IMG/VR virus record: IMGVR_UViG_3300000304_000017
Span: 1 to 28,103 of that record
Direction: 5' to 3' (one strand)
From: a virus
Length of the DNA: 28,103 nucleotides
The notes under the pieces are model-generated. The model was not told where the DNA came from and searched no databases. It saw only the letters and a program-made list of their open reading frames with translations. The translations under genes were made by a program, and so were the position numbers. Positions within the stretch are counted from its first letter, which is position 1. Each line of letters begins with the position of its first letter. Of this stretch, positions 14,280-20,111 are shown one piece after another.

Positions 14280-14425
14280 ACTGGATAATAGATATTTTGC
14301 TCATTTGTCTTTTGAGTCTTTTTTGGGCCGGTTGGGTGCTTGGTCATTGGGAAGAAAAAGCAATTAAAGACGGATACATCATTGTCGGACACAAACTTTA
14401 CAAGGTTACGGAGGTAAAAAAATGA
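14276..14425 (+). CDS. 49-aa membrane protein
   Basis: Hand translation: MNWIIDILLICLLSLFWAGWVLGHWEEKAIKDGYIIVGHKLYKVTEVKK. ATGA overlaps at both ends. Confidence 0.5.
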   Translation: MNWIIDILLICLLSLFWAGWVLGHWEEKAIKDGYIIVGHKLYKVTEVKK

Positions 14426-14820
14426 ACGACAGATTTAGATTTAGAGCGTGGGACAATAAAAATAAAAACTTCATATTTGATATTGAAGATGAAAACAAGC
14501 GAGATTGGGAAATAACAGAATTAGAACAATGCAGATATTTTGGAGAGTATTTGTATATGCCCGACAGATACATTGTTGAACAATGCACAGGGCTGAAAGA
14601 CAAAAACGGGCGGCTGATTTACGAGGGGGATATTGTGGAGCACGACACCGCCGCAGGGCCGAAGCGTTGGCCCGTACTGTTCAGGGACGGATGCTTTGTT
14701 TTGCCGTATGAAAGCGGCGACGCGTGGCTGGCAAAAGTCATTAAGACCTGCCCGTATGAGAGCGGCGTGCGCGTGGTCGGCAATATACATGAGCAGGGAG
14801 AGCTATTAAATGAGAACTGA
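14422..14820 (+). CDS. YopX family protein
   Basis: FRFRAWD, EQCTGLKDKNGRLIYEGDIV and VVGNIHEQGELL are hallmark YopX motifs. Confidence 0.8.
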   Translation: MNDRFRFRAWDNKNKNFIFDIEDENKRDWEITELEQCRYFGEYLYMPDRYIVEQCTGLKDKNGRLIYEGDIVEHDTAAGPKRWPVLFRDGCFVLPYESGDAWLAKVIKTCPYESGVRVVGNIHEQGELLNEN

Positions 14821-15187
14821 AGCGCAATTAAAGCAACTTGCTGAAGCAAGAAAGCATATTATTCATAAGCCTTTAAGTGAAGAAACTAAAAAAAAGATTT
14901 CCATAGCAAACTCAAAAGGTTTTATTGGCATTTGTGATTATTGTGGTAAGAAACTGGACAACCGCAAAAAGAAGTTTTCTATGCCATATGGTACTATCTA
15001 TTTTCAATGGGTAGATAAGAATAATAAACTTCACGAGGATCATGACAATTATAGCATTAATGGTGATTATTGCTTGCAATGCGGACAAGAACGTTGCAAT
15101 GAGTTCTTAGAAAAACTTTGGAAACTGACAGATAGTTATCGTATTAAACAATCTGACGATACAGAGGAGGCGGAAAATGGAAAATAA
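14810..15187 (+). CDS. NUMOD3-motif / zinc-ribbon DNA-binding protein (no nuclease domain seen)
   Basis: KPLSEETKKKISIANSKG matches NUMOD3 of homing-endonuclease DNA-binding modules. There are also CDYCG...CLQCG motifs. Low GC. Confidence 0.55.
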   Translation: MRTEAQLKQLAEARKHIIHKPLSEETKKKISIANSKGFIGICDYCGKKLDNRKKKFSMPYGTIYFQWVDKNNKLHEDHDNYSINGDYCLQCGQERCNEFLEKLWKLTDSYRIKQSDDTEEAENGK

Positions 15188-15188
15188 A
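15165..15188 (+). repeat. 24-bp gene-junction repeat, copy 1 (identical to 16091..16114)
   Basis: aggaggcggaaaatggaaaataaa encodes ...EAENGK-stop for the upstream gene, and the RBS plus MENK for the downstream gene. Confidence 0.9.
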
Positions 15189-15362
15189 GTAACTATTTAT
15201 ACCGAAGGTACTGGTTGGATAGAAATAGATGTGTCGTCATTTTATAAAACTCAATTAACCGGAGAAATGGCTTATTTAGATGTTTGGAATTTCAAATGTC
15301 CTAATAGTACAAATTTCTATCATAGGAGAGGAGTTTGGCGAGCTGTGCAAGGCGGTAAATGA
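15177..15362 (+). CDS. Hypothetical ORF (61 aa); its 3' end overlaps the MazG-like relic in another frame
   Basis: Strong RBS within the junction repeat: MENKVTIYTEGTGWIEID... It may be real, or it may be the displaced 5' part of a frameshifted gene. Confidence 0.3.
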   Translation: MENKVTIYTEGTGWIEIDVSSFYKTQLTGEMAYLDVWNFKCPNSTNFYHRRGVWRAVQGGK

Positions 15363-15438
15363 GCAAGACTACGAACATGCCAAGCTGGAAGCGTTGCACA
15401 TTATTGCGACGTGTATAAGATTTCTGGAGGAGTTATGA
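15280..15438 (+). pseudogene. N-terminally truncated second MazG-like gene (relic or short paralog)
   Basis: Frame +1 translation ...IIGEEFGELCKAVNEQDYEHAKLEALHIIATCIRFLEEL aligns with residues SEELGEFAKAVNEDNRSQAEEEALDTIAVLVRFLEGD of 13363..13578. There is no RBS at its ATG. Confidence 0.5.
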
Positions 15439-15518
15439 GTGAAACAAAACTTTATCACGGCGATTGCCTGAAGGTCATGGACGAACTGATTGAACAGGCT
15501 GGAAATTTGCTTTTTTAG
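15435..15518 (+). pseudogene. 27-codon remnant of a DNA methyltransferase N-terminus
   Basis: MSETKLYHGDCLKVMDELIEQAGNLLF-stop. LYHGDCLKVM parallels LYCGDCLEIM of 13578..14279. It is ATGA-coupled to the MazG-like relic, the same order as at 13363-14279. No DPPY motif follows. Confidence 0.6.
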
Positions 15519-15527
15519 GAGGGAAAA

Positions 15528-15899
15528 ATGTTATTAGATAATGAAAATTTTGTTGAAATGAAGAGCAGAAAAATACTTGGGTGTGAATTTAAGATAGGAA
15601 AGAACGGTATTGGTATTGTTGCAAAAAAGACAACTTTGTCTTTGGAATTAAAAAAATACAATACTGTTTCCGTTTTTGTTGACAAAACAAATCCTTGTGT
15701 TGTTGGTGTTAGATTTTATAAAGGATTAAACGGGGACTTGAAGATTTTTAACAAACGTTCCCTTCAGATTTGTTGTAAAAGTTTGTTGTCTAGATACAAC
15801 CAGTCGTATATCGGCGAATATAGACTTGAAAAGTTTCAAGATGGAGGGGAAGCATTGGATTGCATTTTTGTTAAGGAGGCACAAAATGGCGATAATTAA
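15528..15899 (+). CDS. Hypothetical protein (123 aa), low GC
   Basis: AGGAGGG RBS. I recognise no motif. The C-terminus KEAQNGDN overlaps the next RBS and ATG. Confidence 0.55.
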   Translation: MLLDNENFVEMKSRKILGCEFKIGKNGIGIVAKKTTLSLELKKYNTVSVFVDKTNPCVVGVRFYKGLNGDLKIFNKRSLQICCKSLLSRYNQSYIGEYRLEKFQDGGEALDCIFVKEAQNGDN

Positions 15900-16113
15900 A
15901 TTGACACAAAAAGATTTAGATATTGAAGCCGCTCTTAACGGAAAAGAAGATAGTTATAACGATTTGGAAATTTTTGTAAACACTGGAAATATTGTTAATT
16001 TCGTTAAATCCGAAATGGGTTCTTATGTTTATCTCGTAACAAGAGAAGTAGAAGTCAAAGAAACCCCGGAAGAAATATTTAAGCTGATTAAGGAGGCGGA
16101 AAATGGAAAATAA
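15886..16113 (+). CDS. Hypothetical small acidic protein (75 aa)
   Basis: I prefer the start at 15886, after AAGGAGG: MAIIKLTQKDLDIEAALNGKEDSYNDLEIF... By count it has 15 acidic and 9 basic residues. Confidence 0.55.
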   Translation: MAIIKLTQKDLDIEAALNGKEDSYNDLEIFVNTGNIVNFVKSEMGSYVYLVTREVEVKETPEEIFKLIKEAENGK

Positions 16114-16114
16114 A
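16091..16114 (+). repeat. 24-bp gene-junction repeat, copy 2 (identical to 15165..15188)
   Basis: aggaggcggaaaatggaaaataaa. Confidence 0.9.
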
Positions 16115-16276
16115 CTTAACCCGTGCAGATGTGGTATTAGATACAGTATTAGAGTTCGTGGAGATAGAAACTGTGGGTTTTTTGTAATTTGTGAAGATTG
16201 TAAAACTTCTACTGATTTGTATAGTACAGAAGCCGAAGCCATAGCCGCTTGGAACAGGTCCAAAAAAAGCCCTTGA
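16103..16276 (+). CDS. lar: Lar-family restriction alleviation protein (57 aa)
   Basis: Hand translation: MENKLNPCRCGIRYSIRVRGDRNCGFFVICEDCKTSTDLYSTEAEAIAAWNRSKKSP. The L-x-PC-x-CG ... C-x2-C ... EAI-x-AWNR layout is characteristic of Lar-family proteins. Below the ORF-track cutoff. Confidence 0.7.
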   Translation: MENKLNPCRCGIRYSIRVRGDRNCGFFVICEDCKTSTDLYSTEAEAIAAWNRSKKSP

Positions 16277-16301
16277 CAGTATATCGTTTATTTGATATAC
16301 T
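16273..16301 (+). promoter_or_regulatory. Strong sigma70-like promoter with extended -10, and an inverted repeat in the spacer
   Basis: TTGACA (16273-78), 17-nt spacer, TG-n-TATACT (16293-16301). GTATATC (16279-85) and GATATAC (16294-16300) form an inverted repeat. Confidence 0.65.
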
Positions 16302-16360
16302 ATTAATATAGAGAGCGGGACAGGCCCGCAAACTTAAAAAACAAAAGAGAGGGTAAAAAT

Positions 16361-16588
16361 ATGGAACTCAAACAAATTTTCTTCAAGAAGGACGGGAAAA
16401 ACGAGTGGCGCGAATACGGTCCGGTGCGTGATTTAAACAGCTTTAACAAAGATTTTGCCGACTGGGTGGCCCGCTATTACGAAGGCTGCGACCAGCAGGC
16501 CTGCCAAAGCTGGGAGGACGCGGAAGAAGTATTAAACAGCGTCGGGGCTTCGGCGGAGGCCGGGCAGTTTAAATTAGAGGACCGCTAA
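16361..16588 (+). CDS. Hypothetical protein (75 aa)
   Basis: GAGAGGG RBS. The ORF follows the internal promoter. Confidence 0.6.
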   Translation: MELKQIFFKKDGKNEWREYGPVRDLNSFNKDFADWVARYYEGCDQQACQSWEDAEEVLNSVGASAEAGQFKLEDR

Positions 16589-16770
16589 TGCTTATTAACG
16601 TGCCTGACGACAAACTTAAAATTTGCGAGAATTGCGGGGATAAATTCTTCCCCGCATCTCCAAGACAAAAATTCTGCGATAAGCCGCCGTGTCAAAGAGC
16701 GCGCCGTTCAAAGAATATGCGCTCATACCGAAATCGCAAGAAGAACAACCCTTCCCAAGACCCCGCTTAA
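16588..16770 (+). CDS. Zinc-ribbon protein with a basic tail (60 aa), paralog-like to 12992..13366
   Basis: KICENCGDKFFPASPRQKFCDKPPCQRARRSKN parallels KVCQKCGAVFFGTSIARFCKKCRAERQRE. TAATG coupling with the upstream gene. Confidence 0.55.
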   Translation: MLINVPDDKLKICENCGDKFFPASPRQKFCDKPPCQRARRSKNMRSYRNRKKNNPSQDPA

Positions 16771-16781
16771 TGCGGGGTTTT
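16761..16781 (+). terminator. Rho-independent terminator of the early unit
   Basis: CCCCGC (16761-66), loop TTAAT (contains the stop codon), GCGGGG (16772-77), then TTTT. Confidence 0.65.
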
Positions 16782-16904
16782 AATTGTCAAAGACCTTTTA
16801 AAATTTTATTTAAAACACAAAATTTACAAACAAATCGGCAAGGCCGGCGGGCTATGGCGCAAAAAGCCTCGCTGGCGTACGGGTCAAAGCGGGCAAATTT
16901 GCAT

Positions 16905-17099
16905 CTACTCACAGGCCGCCTCGTCGTGGCATAAACAATAATGCTTGAGCAGGGCCCGCGCGTTCTGGTCGTTTACACCCGCGTCGGCGTAGTCAAAGCC
17001 GACATAGCACGCCGCGTTATTTATCCGATAAGCGGCGCAACCGCTCGCGCACGTCATCAGCAGACATACGGTCAATGCTATCAATAATTTTATTCGCAC
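16905..17099 (-). CDS. Putative o-spanin (outer-membrane lipoprotein), overlapping the i-spanin gene
   Basis: GTG start with AAGGAG upstream. Signal-like MRIKLLIALTVCLLMTCASGC with lipobox-like LMTC/ASGC. Overlaps 17017..17241 by 83 nt in another frame. The mature part is atypical: Cys-rich with no Pro. Confidence 0.5.
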   Translation of the reverse strand: MRIKLLIALTVCLLMTCASGCAAYRINNAACYVGFDYADAGVNDQNARALLKHYCLCHDEAACE

Positions 17100-17241
17100 G
17101 CTCCTGCTCCTTGGCGGCGCGTTTAGCCTCCGCCTTCAAAGCCTCTGTCTGGGCCGCGGCGCGTCCGTAATTTTTTGACAACGCAATCACGGCCCAGAGC
17201 AGGCCGCCAAAGCCCACAACGCAGGCAATGGCCGTCCACAT
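17017..17241 (-). CDS. Putative i-spanin (N-terminal TM plus charged coiled coil)
   Basis: MWTAIACVVGFGGLLWAVIAL, then AAQTEALKAEAKRAAKEQERANK. Positioned in the lysis cassette. Confidence 0.55.
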   Translation of the reverse strand: MWTAIACVVGFGGLLWAVIALSKNYGRAAAQTEALKAEAKRAAKEQERANKIIDSIDRMSADDVRERLRRLSDK

Positions 17242-17242
17242 A

Positions 17243-17437
17243 TTATTTGTCCGCCTTTTTGCCGACTACGGAGCCGTCGGGGTTGACCAAAGACAGCGCG
17301 GCCAGTACCTTTAGTATCTTTGCCCAGACGGTGTCGTCTTTAGTCGTGGAGGTCAGTTTGACCACCGTAGACACGACCACGACCACGCCGCCGATAATGG
17401 CGAGTACATCGTCCCAATGCGTTGTAATCCATTCCAT
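17243..17437 (-). CDS. Putative holin (64 aa membrane protein)
   Basis: Hydrophobic VLAIIGGVVVVVSTVV plus amphipathic VWAKILKVLAALSLV and a charged C-terminus. Directly downstream of the endolysin. Confidence 0.45.
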   Translation of the reverse strand: MEWITTHWDDVLAIIGGVVVVVSTVVKLTSTTKDDTVWAKILKVLAALSLVNPDGSVVGKKADK

Positions 17438-17440
17438 TTT

Positions 17441-17851
17441 TTAGTTCTCCTTGGTTTTTATTTCCACGTGCGGATAGTCTTTAAAACTTTCCCAGTCCGC
17501 GCCGTATTCAAATTCGCTTTCTATCTCCCCGCGTTCGCGCATCAGCCGCGCCAACGCGTCAAAGCGGTGCAGCATTTCGCGGAAGCGGTACAGGTTGCCC
17601 CAATCAATGTGTGGTTCTGTTTCATTATAAGGGGCTATATCCACCGCCAAAGAGGGCTTGGCATTGTGCTTGCTTTGCGGGTAAATCAGGCGGCTGTTAC
17701 CCGCGTCAAAAGCCGCGTTCTGCTCCGCCTTGCCTCGGTGTCCGCACAGAACAGAGAAGTCATACTGTTTAATCAGTTCGCGGCAGACGGCCTGCAAATC
17801 TGGGTGGCAGGTGTTTAAACGTGCTTCGCTTTTTGGACTAAATGTCGGCAT
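17441..17851 (-). CDS. Endolysin, peptidase M15 (VanY / L-Ala-D-Glu peptidase-like)
   Basis: SEARLNTCHPDLQAV, CGHRGKAEQN, SKHNAKPSLAVDI (H-x6-D) and GADWESFKDYPHVE fit the M15 Zn-ligand pattern. Confidence 0.85.
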   Translation of the reverse strand: MPTFSPKSEARLNTCHPDLQAVCRELIKQYDFSVLCGHRGKAEQNAAFDAGNSRLIYPQSKHNAKPSLAVDIAPYNETEPHIDWGNLYRFREMLHRFDALARLMRERGEIESEFEYGADWESFKDYPHVEIKTKEN

Positions 17852-18075
17852 CAGTCCCTCCCCCGTCTAAAATGCAGTTCGCTGATGCGCTTATGCGCAC
17901 TGGCGCAGCTGTCCTCCAGCCGCGCCACGCGCTCCTGCAGGTGATTGTATTTGTCCTGCTTGGCTTCCAGGCGCGCAATGTCTTTGCGTATGCCGCGCAG
18001 TTCGCCCCACACCGCCCCTGCGGCAAACACAATGGCCGCCGCTTTCCAAAGCAGCTCAAACAGTTCCGGCGTCAT
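17851..18075 (-). CDS. Small membrane-anchored coiled-coil protein (lysis-associated; holin/antiholin or second i-spanin-like)
   Basis: TM segment LLWKAAAIVFAAGAVWG, then IRKDIARLEAKQDKYNHLQERVARLED. Directly upstream of the endolysin. Confidence 0.4.
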   Translation of the reverse strand: MTPELFELLWKAAAIVFAAGAVWGELRGIRKDIARLEAKQDKYNHLQERVARLEDSCASAHKRISELHFRRGRD

Positions 18076-18442
18076 CGCCCGCCTCCTGTGCTTCCGGCAC
18101 GGTTTCGCCGGCCTCCGTGTTATCTGCCCGCAAAGGAGCGGCCAGGGTTTCTATTTCCCGGGCCTTGCTTTTGACATATTCGCTGGCACCGGAGTTTCCC
18201 GCCAGCACCAGTTCCCGCACTGCGCGCGTCAGCCCGGTTTGCGCTTCCAGCACCCGCACCTGCTCCTGCGACGTCGGTTCCGCTTCTGTCGGGGCGTGTC
18301 CAGCCAAATACCAGTTGCCGTCCGGTCCCTGCTCCACTTCCATCGGCTCCATGCCTAAAGAAACATAAAACTCCGTATTGGTTCCAATCCCCACCTGACA
18401 CATCTTGCTTTTTACATCTACCAATTTTGCATATTTTTGCAT
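18056..18442 (-). CDS. Hypothetical protein after the fibre gene (possible fibre accessory/assembly protein)
   Basis: I prefer the start MQKYAKLVDVKS at 18442, 7 nt after the fibre stop. The call rests on position only. Confidence 0.4.
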   Translation of the reverse strand: MQKYAKLVDVKSKMCQVGIGTNTEFYVSLGMEPMEVEQGPDGNWYLAGHAPTEAEPTSQEQVRVLEAQTGLTRAVRELVLAGNSGASEYVKSKAREIETLAAPLRADNTEAGETVPEAQEAGDDAGTV

Positions 18443-18449
18443 AAGCGCC

Positions 18450-20108
18450 TCACAACGGAAAAAATGTTGCTGATTCCAGAGTACAGCCGTCTGTCGGCCC
18501 ATAATACCAGTCTTTTTTAACGGGGAAAAGTATTCTTGTGACTAAAGTGTTGATTCCAACCCCTCCCGCGTAAAAGATTTCAAGATTGGGACTCTCGGAT
18601 GTTCCTACTCTAATTCCTCTGTTGCGTCCGTCGTTCGGTCCTGTTATATGGGCCGACACCCAGCCGTCGGCAGGGGCTTTTTGAACGCCGGAGCCCATGG
18701 ACACTCCCGCCGAATAATTCGGCAGCGCCCATGCCCCGGCACGCTTTTGCCCGGAGGCCGATACATTGGAAAGGTCGGTTTGTGCTTTTCCGACCAAAGC
18801 CCCCGTAAACTCCGCCGCTTGCGCCTCGCTGGCGGAAACTGCGCTATTAAACGCGTATACCCACGGATACAAAGTGGTATGCGCCGGAGTTACGGTAGAC
18901 GATTTCCCATATATAGAAGATGAAAGTGAAGCGTCAAATTTTACTCTATAGTTATTATAATGCGAACCTTCGCTTGCCCCAGTGTCCATTGTTGCAGTTC
19001 CATCTCTTTTAAATGCTCCATACGCATTTTGTCCAAAATTTTTATCATTTTGCCATTCAGAAACATTTCCACCCGTAATATTGGGCAATCCCGCCTGTGC
19101 CTGCGTCACGCCGTCCGTAGCGTTAGCCATTTTTAAATAATTGACCAGCTTCGGCAAACGCAAACTTCCCGCCACCTCATCCACTACATAATACGGGCAC
19201 TCGCCGTAGGTGCTGATGGCCGTATCATATTCTGTTTTGGTTTTGCAAAGCTCCGTATGGCTTTTGACCCAGTCGTAAAAATCAGGATAAAGAGAAGAAC
19301 CATTGGCAAAATATTCTCCCGTCCACAACGGTAAACCTCCAGGATTATCAGTTGTTAGACCAGACTGCGAAAAATACACCGCGCCGATTTGCAGACCGCG
19401 TGCGGATGCGGCGCTGTTGGCGGCGTCAATAGCACTTCGCGCAGCCTGGCTTGCGCTGGCTGACGCTTCCGTCGCTTTTGTCGTTGCTTGGCTGGCTGAC
19501 GTATTGGCGGAAGACGCACTGTCCGCCGCCTGGTCGGCGTAATATTTGGCCCCGTAACCCTGCCCGCTGACCACTTCTGCCGTCGTTTGCGTGGCCCATT
19601 TTTGCGCCAGAGCCGCGCTGCCTGCGGCGTTGCTTGCTTGCGTAGTGGCCGTACTTGCCGACCCGCTGGCCGCAGAGGCCGAAGAGGCTGCCGCACTGGC
19701 AGAGCTTGCCGCCTCCGTGGCGCTGCCCGCCGCTTCTGCGGCTTTGGAAGTAGCGGTGTTGGCCGCGTCTTGCGCGTCCTGCACCGCCTGCGCCCCTGCG
19801 GTATTAATGTTGTTTAACTGTGTTTGCCCCGCTGCGTTTACCGCCGCCGTTTGTGTTTGTCCGGCGGTGTTTATCGCGTCCAGCTGTTCCTGCCCCGCCG
19901 CTTCAATTTTTGCCACTTCTTCCGCGCCGGACTGCGCCGTCAAAATCTTCAACGCCTGCGGCAGCTGGATCACGTCCTTCGTCGGTGTAAGTCCCGCTTC
20001 CGTGATACACTCCTGTATTTCGTTTTTTATTTGGTTGTAGTCCGTAGCCTTTATTCGGCTGGGGCTGTCGGGGATATAAACCGCGTCCACTTTATCGTTA
20101 ATCAGCAT
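18450..20108 (-). CDS. Tail fibre / receptor-binding protein with an Ala/Ser/Thr/Gln-rich repeat shaft
   Basis: 552 aa. Quasi-repeats INTAGQTQTAAVNAAGQTQLNNINTAGAQAV, then the long tract ...SKAAEAAGSATEAASSASAAASSASAASGSAS..., then a globular C-terminal ~300 aa. It is the last structural gene. Confidence 0.7.
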   Translation of the reverse strand: MLINDKVDAVYIPDSPSRIKATDYNQIKNEIQECITEAGLTPTKDVIQLPQALKILTAQSGAEEVAKIEAAGQEQLDAINTAGQTQTAAVNAAGQTQLNNINTAGAQAVQDAQDAANTATSKAAEAAGSATEAASSASAAASSASAASGSASTATTQASNAAGSAALAQKWATQTTAEVVSGQGYGAKYYADQAADSASSANTSASQATTKATEASASASQAARSAIDAANSAASARGLQIGAVYFSQSGLTTDNPGGLPLWTGEYFANGSSLYPDFYDWVKSHTELCKTKTEYDTAISTYGECPYYVVDEVAGSLRLPKLVNYLKMANATDGVTQAQAGLPNITGGNVSEWQNDKNFGQNAYGAFKRDGTATMDTGASEGSHYNNYRVKFDASLSSSIYGKSSTVTPAHTTLYPWVYAFNSAVSASEAQAAEFTGALVGKAQTDLSNVSASGQKRAGAWALPNYSAGVSMGSGVQKAPADGWVSAHITGPNDGRNRGIRVGTSESPNLEIFYAGGVGINTLVTRILFPVKKDWYYGPTDGCTLESATFFPL

Positions 20109-20111
20109 AGC

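Noticed and set aside
12611-14424. Near-identical ACGGAGGTAAAAA(A)ATG at 12611-12626 and 14408-14424 as another junction repeat
   Set aside because: It is short and consists almost entirely of the consensus RBS, an A-rich spacer and ATG. Unlike the 24-mer at 15165/16091, it does not extend into the coding sequence on either side.
16689-16934. 81-aa plus-strand ORF crossing the convergence region
   Set aside because: It overlaps the end of 16588-16770 out of frame, reads through the intrinsic terminator at 16761-16781, and has no RBS.
18120-18401. Overlapping Gly/Ala/Arg-rich ORFs (18120-18401 minus, 17945-18358 plus, 19355-19696 minus)
   Set aside because: These are alternative frames of GC-rich coding sequence with a composition typical of noise. 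The frames I retained have proper starts, RBSs and module context.
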